Source: Chloroflexota bacterium (lineage in GTDB: Bacteria; Chloroflexota; UBA11872; VXNJ01). Taken from it: DNA of 64,000 bases. The notes under the pieces were generated by a model, which worked only from the letters and a program-made list of their open reading frames with translations, was not told the DNA's origin and made no database searches. Positions 29,059-38,626 of this stretch are shown in pieces; position 1 is the stretch's first letter, and every line of letters starts with the position of its first letter. Location of the stretch: positions 1,792,001-1,856,000 of the forward strand of contig OZ253449.1 of the NCBI GenBank assembly GCA_965261345.1, read 5' to 3'. The translations under genes and the position numbers were made by a program.

Positions 29059-30319
29059 GTTGTTCGTTTAAGGGGTCTTGGTAGGTCGAGACCGATCCAG
29101 TAAGGATTTGGTCGATGGTGACGCTGGCACCAGCGATCCCGGACTCGATTACGGCTAGCACGGTTGCCAGGGCGCTGCGGCCCTGCGTGATCCCGACCTC
29201 GGGTTGCGAGCCGGAGAGAATGCAGTCGCCCAGCTCCCAATATTCGGACGCGGTTATTCGAGCGTCGATCGCATTGAATCCCAGTTCGATTCGGCCGATC
29301 CGGGAGCCGCCGAATAGTCGTGCCGTGGTGTCGGGCAATTCGAAATCCGGAACCAGGTCCAGGACCGCTTCACCGGAAATCTCACCGTGGCCGGATCTTG
29401 GCGTTACCCGTATGGGATGGCCGGAGCGGTCTTCGGGGCATTCGATCATCCCGCCTTCCAGATAGATGCGGCGGAGCCGCATCCGCTCGCCGCCGCCGAC
29501 CCCCAGGCCCATCGTCCACTGACCGCCGGCCCCGGACTTGAAGCGGAGCAGGGCAAATCCGGAATCGATGCCGTCGGACCGATAGCTGCCGTGGACGGTT
29601 CGATTGGAAAGCTGGTAAAACTCGGCCAGATTGCCGCTCAACCCTTGCCAGTCGCGCTCCGGCTCCAGAACCCCCGACCAGGCCGCAACCGATTCCAGCG
29701 GACCCATGAAATATTCGAATATGTCGGCGTGGTGGACCCCGACGTCGAGCAGCACCCCACCCTCGGCTCGGGTGGAACGCCACGGCGTTATCACGACCGC
29801 TCCGCCGCCGGACAGGGTGGTGTCGAGCATCATCTGCGGGGCGCCAAGGACACCGGAGTCAACCAGCGCCCGGACGAGGCGGTTGAGTGGATCGCGGCGG
29901 TAATTTTCAGCCACTGAGAGGACCGTTTCGCTTCCAGCAGCCGCAGCTAGAAAATCGGCGGCGGCGATCGTTAGGGCCACCGGTTTTTCGACTTGCACGT
30001 TGATCCCCGCGCGCAGGGCATCGGCGGCAACCGTGTGGTGCGATGCCGGCGTCGTTACGACGTCAACTGCGTCCGGCGCTTCGGTTTTGGCCAATTCCCC
30101 AAATTCCTGGTACACCCGCGGACGAATGCCCAGTAGCTGCTCGGCCAATTCCGCCGCCGCCGCTCCGGCTTCCGGAAACGGGTCGCAGACGGCGGTCAGC
30201 GAAAACGGGCAGATTCCGGCATCAACCAACTGGGCCAGGCCATGCAGGTGCCGCCGACCCATCCCGCCACAACCGACGAGGACCAGCTTCAGATCATTGG
30301 ACTCGCTGTTGATGACCAA
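29042..30319 (-). CDS. Gfo/Idh/MocA family oxidoreductase
   Basis: LVGCGGMGRRH, VEKP, VAENYRRDP and GGVLLDVGVH. Confidence 0.9.
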   Translation of the reverse strand: MVINSESNDLKLVLVGCGGMGRRHLHGLAQLVDAGICPFSLTAVCDPFPEAGAAAAELAEQLLGIRPRVYQEFGELAKTEAPDAVDVVTTPASHHTVAADALRAGINVQVEKPVALTIAAADFLAAAAGSETVLSVAENYRRDPLNRLVRALVDSGVLGAPQMMLDTTLSGGGAVVITPWRSTRAEGGVLLDVGVHHADIFEYFMGPLESVAAWSGVLEPERDWQGLSGNLAEFYQLSNRTVHGSYRSDGIDSGFALLRFKSGAGGQWTMGLGVGGGERMRLRRIYLEGGMIECPEDRSGHPIRVTPRSGHGEISGEAVLDLVPDFELPDTTARLFGGSRIGRIELGFNAIDARITASEYWELGDCILSGSQPEVGITQGRSALATVLAVIESGIAGASVTIDQILTGSVSTYQDPLNEQLAGIA

Positions 30320-30390
30320 TTAGTCGCACAGCAAGATGATTTGGCGACTGCGCCAATCCGCCCGCTTGATGGGCAATTCCATATAGATCT

Positions 30391-31077
30391 TTAGGAAGCG
30401 CTGAAGATGCCTTGGCCGGGTTGGGTGCCTTCGTAAGTAATCGTGCCGCCTTCGGGCACGTCCACCGCGAAACCCTCTTCCCAGAGTTCGCCCTCGATGG
30501 CCACCTTTGCCAGTGGTTGGCCGGCAGCGCCCCACTGGACATAATGGTGCATATAGGTCCAGTCCAGAACGTCGGGCGCTTCATTGTACAAGCCTAGTTC
30601 GCCTGCGGTCGGGTCTGGCGGAGCCAGGGCGCCGTCCATGAAGACTTCGGTTTCGGTATTGGCGCCCGGACCGTAGCCGACGGTCAGGATTTCACCGGGC
30701 TGGAGCTTGAAGTTGCCCGGGATCTCCCATTCGGAACCGTTTGCGGCCAGGGTCCAATAAAACATTGTGTCCTGGGCGGAATTGCGATTTTCGATCACGA
30801 TCTTGGAGTCGGGACCGGCAAAATTGATCGAGGCGATAACCAAACGACCGGGGGCAAGTCCGAGACGCGCCCGCTCATCGGGAATTCCACCGGGTTGGCC
30901 CTGTCGGACCTCGGTCCCACCTTCAATGTTCTGACCTTCGGTCCAACCCTGTAGGCCGGGTTGGTCCGGCGCGCCGGACGGTTCCCCATCGCCGCACGCG
31001 GCAAGCAGGGCGCTAGCGCTGACCAATCCCAGCGCCGAGGCCGAAAAACTGAGGAATCTTCTTCTACTTAACTGCAT
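30391..31077 (-). CDS. Tat-exported lipoprotein with a lamin-tail-like Ig domain
   Basis: GGAGGG RBS, SRRRFL twin-arginine signal and LLAACG lipobox. LVI..I….I.N…W.L…L.PGE.L.V and YVQWG pattern. Confidence 0.7.
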   Translation of the reverse strand: MQLSRRRFLSFSASALGLVSASALLAACGDGEPSGAPDQPGLQGWTEGQNIEGGTEVRQGQPGGIPDERARLGLAPGRLVIASINFAGPDSKIVIENRNSAQDTMFYWTLAANGSEWEIPGNFKLQPGEILTVGYGPGANTETEVFMDGALAPPDPTAGELGLYNEAPDVLDWTYMHHYVQWGAAGQPLAKVAIEGELWEEGFAVDVPEGGTITYEGTQPGQGIFSAS

Positions 31078-31217
31078 CGTCCCCTCCTTGGATTTAAAAA
31101 TCAGATGGAAAATGAATGAGGTATCGGCTGTTTGACAATTATCGACCGGCTCCAACCTAGCGCGTTGATAGCTTACCGAGCGCCGGCCCGCGCCGGGAGT
31201 GGGGGGCTGCGGTGGGC

Positions 31218-32156
31218 TTAGCCCTTGACCGCGCCGGCCAATAGACCGCGCATGAACAACCTGCCCAGCAGGAAGTAAAAAAGCAGGGTGGGCAGGCTAA
31301 CTATTAGCGCTGCAGCAAACTGTACGTTGTATTCGACAAAAAACGAGTTTGAGGTATTTACGACGCCGACCATTACCGGGGCGTCCTTGGGGTTGCTCAG
31401 GATGGTGAGCGAGAGCAGATAGTCGTTCCAGATTGCGGTAAATTGCCAGATCAAGACGACGGCGAAAGCCGGCGCTGCGATCGGGAACATGACGTGCCGA
31501 TATACCCCGAAGAACCCGGCGCCGTCAACCCGGGCGGCCTCGATCAGATCGTTAGGCACCGAGACGAAATAAGCCCTAAATATCAAGGCGGTAATCGGAA
31601 TCCCGAAGATTGTGTGGGTAAGAATCAGACCGGGAATGGTGCCGTAGAAGGTGCAGATCTTAAACGGTTCGGTGAAATCGGCGGAGAGAAAAATACAGGG
31701 GGCTTTGATCTGGGTCAGGGTGAGCACCAGCGGGATCAGGATGCCCTGATAGGGGAGAAAGAGACCAAACAGCACCAGCAGGAATACGACGTTGGAATAG
31801 CGGAACCGCCACTTGGCAAACACGTATCCGTTGATTGATCCCAGGAACGACGAGATTATGGCCGCCGGGATCGTCACTTTGGCGCTGGCGATCATGTTGG
31901 TTTGAACCGCCAGCCATCCGCGCTCGAAAGATTCGAGCGAGAGCCCGGTGGAGGGCGGCTGCCACATCGAGGAAGGGTGCACTTCGCTAAAGGGCTTGAG
32001 CGCGTTTACCAGCACCACATATGAGGGCAGGAAAATGATGGCTGCAACGACGACAAGAAACAGGTAAATGAGGCTGCGCCGGAAGATCCGGGCGACCCGG
32101 TTGGTGCGAATGGTACCGGATGCCGCCACCGTGGAACTAACTGCTGTGGTTGCCAT
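31218..32156 (-). CDS. Carbohydrate ABC transporter permease
   Basis: EAA motif LIEAARVDGAG, FTAIWND and GLLAGAVKG C-terminus. Confidence 0.94.
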   Translation of the reverse strand: MATTAVSSTVAASGTIRTNRVARIFRRSLIYLFLVVVAAIIFLPSYVVLVNALKPFSEVHPSSMWQPPSTGLSLESFERGWLAVQTNMIASAKVTIPAAIISSFLGSINGYVFAKWRFRYSNVVFLLVLFGLFLPYQGILIPLVLTLTQIKAPCIFLSADFTEPFKICTFYGTIPGLILTHTIFGIPITALIFRAYFVSVPNDLIEAARVDGAGFFGVYRHVMFPIAAPAFAVVLIWQFTAIWNDYLLSLTILSNPKDAPVMVGVVNTSNSFFVEYNVQFAAALIVSLPTLLFYFLLGRLFMRGLLAGAVKG

Positions 32157-32158
32157 GC

Positions 32159-33127
32159 TCAGACTTCCTTGCGAATGCTCCACAGGTACGGAACCACCAC
32201 GATCGCCGACAACATGACCATGACCACAGCAATTACCGCAGCCCGGGAGAAGCGGGCATCCTGAAACGCCAGCTGGACCATGTGCAAGGCGAAGGTGTCA
32301 GTTGAGAAATTGGCGCCCGACCCGGATATCGCCGCGACCAGGTCGAACAGCCGTAGGGCCAGTCCGAACAGGATGATGAACGCGGTCAAAGTTACCGGCC
32401 TCACCAGCGGGATTATTACGTGGCGGTAAATGTCCATCGTATTTGCGCCGTCAATTTGGGCCGCTTCGCGCAGGTCCTGGGAGATGCCGCGGATGCCGGC
32501 GAAGTAGAGCGCCATCGTGTAGCCGACCATCTGCCAGGCTGCGGCAAATGAAATTGCTACGATGCCGAAATTGGAATCCGAAAACCATAACCAATTGAAC
32601 TTCTCGGCGCCAAAAAGGGCCAGGATGTTATTGAAGCCCATCAGGTCGATTAGGCGGTTGAACCCATGCGACTGGTTCATCATCCATTGCCAAACCACAC
32701 CGGTAACCACCGATGAAATTGCAAATGGCATGATATAGATCGTGCGCAGGAAACCCTCGCCCTTGATGTGTTGATCTAAAAATGCGGCGATCAGGAACCC
32801 GCCGATCATGCACTGGGCAAGGAACAACACGGTAAACAGGGTCATGTTGCGGATGTCTTTGTACCAACGTGGCAGGTCAAAGAGCCATTGCCAGTTGTCG
32901 GTGCCTGCATACGGTCCCGCGATCGAGACCCTCGTTTCCGGCAGATTCCAATCTAGGAAGGCAACCAGACCGGTCCACGCAACAAAGCCGTAGACGAATA
33001 CTGCCGTAACCACCAGCGACGGCGACAGAATGATGATCGCCAGTACGCGGTCGCGGTTGACGTACCGCCAAAGTCGCCGCAGCGTGCTAGGCGGTTTTGG
33101 CGCCGCCGGAAGTGTGATCGTTGCCAT
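32159..33127 (-). CDS. Carbohydrate ABC transporter permease
   Basis: EAA motif LREAAQIDGA, PFAIS.VVTG.VW.W and WQMVGY. Confidence 0.94.
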   Translation of the reverse strand: MATITLPAAPKPPSTLRRLWRYVNRDRVLAIIILSPSLVVTAVFVYGFVAWTGLVAFLDWNLPETRVSIAGPYAGTDNWQWLFDLPRWYKDIRNMTLFTVLFLAQCMIGGFLIAAFLDQHIKGEGFLRTIYIMPFAISSVVTGVVWQWMMNQSHGFNRLIDLMGFNNILALFGAEKFNWLWFSDSNFGIVAISFAAAWQMVGYTMALYFAGIRGISQDLREAAQIDGANTMDIYRHVIIPLVRPVTLTAFIILFGLALRLFDLVAAISGSGANFSTDTFALHMVQLAFQDARFSRAAVIAVVMVMLSAIVVVPYLWSIRKEV

Positions 33128-33168
33128 CTTTTGTGATCGCGTTTCTTTTGCTCAAACAGCCTTCAGCA

Positions 33169-33200
33169 GAGGGGGAGCCGCTTGGGAACGGCCCCCCCTC
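33169..33200 (-). terminator. GC-rich stem-loop between the binding-protein and permease genes (partial terminator or mRNA stabiliser)
   Basis: GAGGGGGAGCCG-N8-CGGCCCCCCCTC inverted repeat just after the SBP stop. No strong U-tract. Confidence 0.6.
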
Positions 33201-33213
33201 CCTTTAGGAACTG

Positions 33214-34659
33214 CTAGCAGATAACAGCGTCTTCACATGCTCTCTGCATTGCGGCCTGTGCGTTGGCCACCGCGTTGGCGTCGCCACTGCGAACCTCTGA
33301 AGCCAGAGAGTTCCCAATATTGACGAATTCGGTGATCCAACTCTGCCGCGCGGCAAATCCGTGCACCACACTAGGTGCAACGAAGGTAGCCGGGTTCTGC
33401 CAGTCGAGGATTGCTCCCTTTTGGTAGGTGTTGAAGTAGGACAGATTGGGGTTCTTGCCCACCGAGATCGACCCTTTGAAGTGGTTGAACTCGTCCTGGC
33501 CCGCTTGCCCACCGCAGACCTTGAGGAACGCTTCCGCGTTCTCCGGGTTGGGTGCGCCTACCGGCAGCGTAAATGAATCGCACAGGGCCATGTAGGTACC
33601 CTGCGTTCCCGGCGGTCGGGCAAAGCCGAATTGGCCATCGTAACCCTTGCCGCGGTAGAAACCTTCTGCCCAGTCGCCGTTAATGGTCATGACAGCGTCG
33701 CTGAAGATCTTCTCGAACGCCGTTGCCGGGTCCACAGTGAGAATATCGTCATTGACGTAGTTTTGAACCAGATTTTCAGCGATCCTTAGGGCGTTGGTTA
33801 TCTCTGGACCATCCCAGTTGCTAGTGCCATTGAACAGGTCAACGTATGCCGGTCCGCCGATCGTGCCCAAAAGGACGTTCTCGAGGACGTGGCCGGTGTA
33901 GAACGGGCGGGATTCACCCATTGCGAACGGCGCGCGGTCGCCTTCGGCCTTGATGGCGTCAAACGCGTTGAACGCGTCATCCCAGTTCTCGTAAGTCGTG
34001 GGATCCGGGATGCCAGTGTCGCGGAAATACTGCTTGTCGAACCAAGTTACGTTCGAACGGTGAATGTTTACCGGCACTGCCCAAACATGGCCGTCCCATT
34101 TACCGTTTTCAACGAATCCCTCAGGGTAGCTCTCGAAATAGCCTTCCTGCGTCCACAGATCGTCGAGCGCCTCGACCCGGCCAGCGACCGAGTGCGAATA
34201 GGTCAACTCATGACCCCAGTGAATCTGGAAGGAGTCCGGCGGCTCACCGGCCAGCATGCGGGTTTCCAGGATCGCCTTGGCGTTACCGCCGGGCCCTGAT
34301 CCGCCCGCGATGGCGGCATTGATGATGTTGATGCCGGGAACCCCAGCCTGCAGGTTCTTAAACAGCGTGTTGAGGGCTTCCACCTCACCCGCGTTGGTCC
34401 ACCAGGAGAAGATCTCGACGTCGCCCGCTACGCGTTCGACCTCAACGATTTTTTCTACCGTTTCAGTTATTGTCTGGGTCTCGGTTACAACCTCGGTTAC
34501 AACCTCGGTTACAACTTTTTCAACTTCGACTAACTGAGTAACGATCTTCGTCTCGGTGACCGTCTCACCGCACGCGGCTAGGGCCGCCGCTGCCGCACCA
34601 CCGGCCAAACCGGTAGCTAACAACTTGCGGCGACTTAGTCTGGAATCATGCATGGGCAT
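33214..34659 (-). CDS. Sugar ABC transporter substrate-binding lipoprotein (glucose/mannose-binding-like), Tat signal
   Basis: SRRKLL Tat motif, LAACG lipobox and GGAGG RBS. EIFSWW.N.GE..AL, PPDSFQ.H, VPVNIHRSN, GDWA and FN.FKGSI motifs. Confidence 0.92.
   Translation of the reverse strand: MPMHDSRLSRRKLLATGLAGGAAAAALAACGETVTETKIVTQLVEVEKVVTEVVTEVVTETQTITETVEKIVEVERVAGDVEIFSWWTNAGEVEALNTLFKNLQAGVPGINIINAAIAGGSGPGGNAKAILETRMLAGEPPDSFQIHWGHELTYSHSVAGRVEALDDLWTQEGYFESYPEGFVENGKWDGHVWAVPVNIHRSNVTWFDKQYFRDTGIPDPTTYENWDDAFNAFDAIKAEGDRAPFAMGESRPFYTGHVLENVLLGTIGGPAYVDLFNGTSNWDGPEITNALRIAENLVQNYVNDDILTVDPATAFEKIFSDAVMTINGDWAEGFYRGKGYDGQFGFARPPGTQGTYMALCDSFTLPVGAPNPENAEAFLKVCGGQAGQDEFNHFKGSISVGKNPNLSYFNTYQKGAILDWQNPATFVAPSVVHGFAARQSWITEFVNIGNSLASEVRSGDANAVANAQAAMQRACEDAVIC
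34480..34515. repeat. Tandem repeat 3 x 12 bp (CTCGGTTACAAC) encoding (VVTE)3 in the SBP linker
   Basis: Three perfect adjacent copies read directly from the sequence. Confidence 0.9.
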
Positions 34660-34761
34660 TGCCTCCCTTTGGCTTTTCCATCTCGAATTTCCAACCGGGG
34701 CTTTTTTTGATAAACGAAACCCCGGGGTAGGAACAACAAAGTGTGCTCATGTTACCACGGC

Positions 34762-34785
34762 GGCCGGGCCGGATCCGGCCCGGCC
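34762..34785. promoter_or_regulatory. Perfect 24-bp palindrome upstream of the sugar SBP gene
   Basis: GGCCGGGCCGGATCCGGCCCGGCC, a few bases upstream (minus strand) of an extended -10-like TGGTAACAT. Could be a terminator stem or an operator. Confidence 0.45.
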
Positions 34786-34809
34786 TTGCAATCTGCCCTT
34801 GGCCGTTAC

Positions 34810-35805
34810 TTATAGCGGCAGATCGACCGACCGACCGGTCTGGGCCGAAATTCGTGCGGCTTCAATCAATTCCATGGTGGCAAGCGCCTCACCTGTTGAA
34901 ACCACCGGTTGACCCTGTCCGCGAATAAAGCGCGCCAACGATTCATAGATCTCGATCCACCGGCCTTGCCCGATTGCCAACTCCTCCGGCTCGGCCCCGG
35001 CGCGGTGAACGTATACCGGCTCGCCGAAACCCTTGCAAATCAAAGTGCCCTCGTTGCCGATTACGTGCCATTCCGATTGTCCGGCGTGCGCAAAAACGCA
35101 GACCTCGGCCTTGCCGATGATTCCGTTTTGGAATTCGACCATCAGGCTGAAGAAGTCATCAGATTCCTTGGACCATTTGACCGCGCGGAGATGGCAATAG
35201 ATCGACTTTGGAGGCGATTTGGCAAAGCGCATCAGTTGGTTTAACAGGTGCGGACCCCAATCGATGAGGTGGCCCGCCCACGCCTCCAGTCGCCATTCGG
35301 GTTGGTATTCCTGGGCCGCGTAGTCTAGATGCGGCCGGTCCCGGTAATGGGCACGGGCGATCGAAACTATCTCGCCGACGGCTCCGTCATTTAACGCCTT
35401 TTCTATCGCCAATGATTCGCCATCGAAGCGCCGGTTCTGGTAAACCGATGCATAGCGATCGCAACGCTTGGCGACAGCGGCGATTTCGCGCGCTTCGGCC
35501 AAGTTGAGGCCCAGCGGCTTTTCGCAAATTACGTGCTTGCCAGCCTCCAGGGCGGCGATTGCGTGTTCCCTGTGGAGGCGGTGCGGGGTTGCCACCACGG
35601 CGACCTCAACCGCCGGGTTTTCAAGCAGCGGCGCCAGTTCTGAATACACCGGTCCGTGAATGCGCGGCGCCAGCAGTTCGCGGCGGGCCGGGGTGATGTC
35701 CGTGCCTGCCACCGCCTGAACCAGCGGCGAGTCGGTCACGAAGGGCAGATGCCAGAGATTTACAGTTTGGCCAAGCCCGATGTAGCCAATTCCTACTGGG
35801 TCCAA
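34810..35805 (-). CDS. Gfo/Idh/MocA family oxidoreductase
   Basis: TTG start behind GGAGG. IGYIGLG, VATPH..H, CEKPL, YQNRRFD and DWGPH. Confidence 0.9.
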   Translation of the reverse strand: MDPVGIGYIGLGQTVNLWHLPFVTDSPLVQAVAGTDITPARRELLAPRIHGPVYSELAPLLENPAVEVAVVATPHRLHREHAIAALEAGKHVICEKPLGLNLAEAREIAAVAKRCDRYASVYQNRRFDGESLAIEKALNDGAVGEIVSIARAHYRDRPHLDYAAQEYQPEWRLEAWAGHLIDWGPHLLNQLMRFAKSPPKSIYCHLRAVKWSKESDDFFSLMVEFQNGIIGKAEVCVFAHAGQSEWHVIGNEGTLICKGFGEPVYVHRAGAEPEELAIGQGRWIEIYESLARFIRGQGQPVVSTGEALATMELIEAARISAQTGRSVDLPL

Positions 35806-36169
35806 GAATCTTGCCTCCACCTGCCAAAACCTCAACCGACGATGTCGGACCGCCAGCGCGGACCACACACCATGCATTCAATTTTGCCCGCATGGTTCGT
35901 TAATTTAAGCCTAATTTCGGCAAACTGTTCGTTGGCCAGATTTGCACTGGCGGACCCTATAAATTCGTTCACGCTTACCCATTCGGCCGGCGCGCGGTTG
36001 GCCCACCCAGGCGGTCGTCGGGCAGGGCCCGCCGCACCCTGGCATCCATAGATCTTTGGCGTCGACGGTTGGAGTCGTCCCATATTGCGCGCCCGATCGC
36101 CGCAACTTGGCCCGGGGCCAATCCCGGCGATGCCGAATTCGCCGCACCGCCGCCAATCGGCTAAATACT

Positions 36170-37447
36170 TTAGGAGCAAATTCGGCTGATCGCTTCCCCG
36201 CCCGGTCCGGCCAAGGTCGCCACATCACCGGAGTTGTTCCATACTGCCCGCCTTCCCCAGGGCTTGAGGTCGCCGATCGCGTCCCCGGAAGCGATCAGAA
36301 AGTTGCCATCAGCGTCCAGACTTGTTCCCGCAGCGAAGGTGTGAGCAAAATTACTCCCCTGGTCGGAAATCTGCCAGCCGGCCAGACTAAAGCCTGGCGG
36401 ACCACCCAATTGCACCCTTTCCGCGCTGGCATCGCAAAAACGGATTTCCAATTGCCCGGACGGGGTCGCTTCCGCTTGAGCGGCTGCGTCGGGTCCGGTG
36501 CTCGCGGTAGGGCCCGCTTCCGGGGCGGAGGTTGCCAAGGGAGCCCTGGTGGATATTGGAATCGGTATCGGGTTTTCCTGGGAAATCTCCTGCTCCGGGC
36601 AGCCGCCTAATATGCGGGCCAGCGCCGCATGCTCGGCGCCATCGGCGGCCAGCCTCCAGCGCAATTTGACCACCACCCAAGCCTCGGCGTAAAAGCAGTG
36701 CGAATCGGCATTTGGCGGAAGCCATTCGGCCGGGTCCTTCTTTCCCTTCGAACGGTTGGAGCTGGCAGATACGGCAATCAGCGAATGCTGGTAGGAAAGG
36801 TCATTGGCGTAGTTCTGGCGTGTTGCCCGGTCCCAGCGGTGTCCACCGGATTCGTGCGCTTCGGCCAACGGCACCAAGTGGTCAACGTCAAACCCGGACG
36901 GATTGCTGGTGACTAGGCCGTCGAATATCGAATACCAGGTTCCGTCGGGCAACCGTTCGCTTTCTACGACCTCGCAGCGGGCGTGGCATCCATCGCCGTC
37001 CTGGTCCTTCCAGTGCGGCCAATCATCGCGGTCGTAGTCGCTGCCCGGATGCTCGGGTTCGATTGCGATTTCCGCCAACAGCGCCCGCGCGGTTGAACCG
37101 CTGCGGTTGGCCACAGCGGTGCCCGGTGGTGCCGCGTCTTCTAAATCGGCCTGATCCGCAATGTCGGTAACCGCGGCCGTGGTTGCTCGATCTACCGTTT
37201 CGCGAGACGGCCCGTTGGAAGTCGATTTCGCGGTTGCGGTTGGCGCGGTGTCAACCGGATCGGTCTGACCTCGAATGTCGGTAATCGCTGCCGCGGTTGG
37301 TCGGCCCGCCACCGATCCCGGGGTGGGCGGCGTTGTCACCGGGTCACAGGACAGGGCAACCGCTGAAAGAAGGATCAGCAGGGCAACGCCCAATTGCCAG
37401 CCGCGGGACAATCGACGGTACCAACTAATAATTGCTATCAACGGCAT
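36170..37447 (-). CDS. Secreted/lipoprotein HNH (DUF1524-like) nuclease with a C-terminal lamin-tail domain
   Basis: Signal/lipobox LLSAVALSC and a P/T/A linker. YDRDDWPHW.D, DVDHLVPL.EA..SG, AVSA.SNRSKG…P.EWLP. C-terminal L.GW.I.D…VWNN.GD.A.L. The start is uncertain. Confidence 0.85.
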   Translation of the reverse strand: MPLIAIISWYRRLSRGWQLGVALLILLSAVALSCDPVTTPPTPGSVAGRPTAAAITDIRGQTDPVDTAPTATAKSTSNGPSRETVDRATTAAVTDIADQADLEDAAPPGTAVANRSGSTARALLAEIAIEPEHPGSDYDRDDWPHWKDQDGDGCHARCEVVESERLPDGTWYSIFDGLVTSNPSGFDVDHLVPLAEAHESGGHRWDRATRQNYANDLSYQHSLIAVSASSNRSKGKKDPAEWLPPNADSHCFYAEAWVVVKLRWRLAADGAEHAALARILGGCPEQEISQENPIPIPISTRAPLATSAPEAGPTASTGPDAAAQAEATPSGQLEIRFCDASAERVQLGGPPGFSLAGWQISDQGSNFAHTFAAGTSLDADGNFLIASGDAIGDLKPWGRRAVWNNSGDVATLAGPGGEAISRICS

Positions 37448-37649
37448 TTCCGGTTGCGGGATTGATCGCGAAATTTGCGATCTTGCGAATTGCGTTCGCG
37501 ACCAAAATCTAGCAATTGCCATATTGGCGATCAATTCGCACCTCAAAATAGCCCAGATTCGCTGCGATTGCAATTTGCCGCCCCTGACCGGATACCCGCC
37601 GGATAGCGGCGTTGGCCAATTGCTCGCGACTGGAACGGTACGAAGCCAA

Positions 37650-38558
37650 ATGGAAATAATCGAGCGCCTGCGCGGTTCAATGCCGGCGATGGTCACCCCG
37701 CTCGGTGACGATTACAAGGCGGATTTGGCGGCCGCGGCGCGCCTGATTGGCTTCTACATCGAATCGGGTTCGCACGGCGTGGTGGTGTTGGGCAGCTCGG
37801 GCGAATTCCAGGGCGTTCGCTACGCCGACCGGGCTGGTCTGTTGTCGGCTGCAGTGGAAGCCGCGGCCGGCCGCATCCCGGTAATAGCCGGCGCCGGTCT
37901 GCCTAATCTGTGGGCAACCATCGACCAGGTAAAGCAGGCTGCCGACTGTGGCGCCGACGCCGCCCTGGTGACACCGCCCTATTACTTTCCGATCGACCAG
38001 GACGCGATAGTGGATTGGTTTACGCGGTTGGTCGGCGCGGTGGATCTTCCAGTTCTCTATTACCACTTCCCGACGATGACCAAACTAGCGGCCAATCCCG
38101 ACACGGTTGGGCGCTTGGCCGATTGCGGAGTGTGCGGTCTAAAGGACTCGGGTGGATCGACCGCTTGGCTGCACGCCGTTCTGGGCCGCGTGGGCGAGCG
38201 TCGCGACTTTCGACTGTTCTTGGGTGGCGACGGGCATTTGCTAGATGCACTAATTCACGGTGCCGATGGTTGCATCGGATTGGCCCAGAATCTGATTCCG
38301 CACATATCGGCCCAACTGTACGAGGCATATTGCGAGGGTGACCTGGGAACTGCGGTCGAACTTCAGCGGCACGCGGTCGAATTTGGCGCCAGGCTGCAAA
38401 CTGGCACCCTGGGACAACCATTCGCCAAAGCCGTGCTGTCGCATATGGGATTGTGCTCACCAGTCGTGGCTCCGCCTATGAAGGCCCTTTCACCGGCCGC
38501 GGCATCGGCCGCATTCGGCCGAGTCGAAAAATATTTGCTGATCCCGACCAGCGCCTGA
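37650..38558 (+). CDS. Dihydrodipicolinate synthase/N-acetylneuraminate lyase family protein
   Basis: AMVTP, GSSGEF, RIPVIAG, GADAALV.PPYY and Schiff-base Lys in GLKDS. Substrate unknown. Confidence 0.9.
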   Translation: MEIIERLRGSMPAMVTPLGDDYKADLAAAARLIGFYIESGSHGVVVLGSSGEFQGVRYADRAGLLSAAVEAAAGRIPVIAGAGLPNLWATIDQVKQAADCGADAALVTPPYYFPIDQDAIVDWFTRLVGAVDLPVLYYHFPTMTKLAANPDTVGRLADCGVCGLKDSGGSTAWLHAVLGRVGERRDFRLFLGGDGHLLDALIHGADGCIGLAQNLIPHISAQLYEAYCEGDLGTAVELQRHAVEFGARLQTGTLGQPFAKAVLSHMGLCSPVVAPPMKALSPAAASAAFGRVEKYLLIPTSA

Positions 38559-38626
38559 TCCTGCGGCCCCCCGCAGTTGAAACGCTTAAAACTTGGCAAC
38601 AATCAAATGCGCAGGCACCAGACGCG

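Noticed and set aside
35806-36169. 360-nt intergenic region as a riboswitch or small gene
   Set aside because: No recognisable riboswitch consensus or convincing ORF was found by eye. An Rfam search would be needed.
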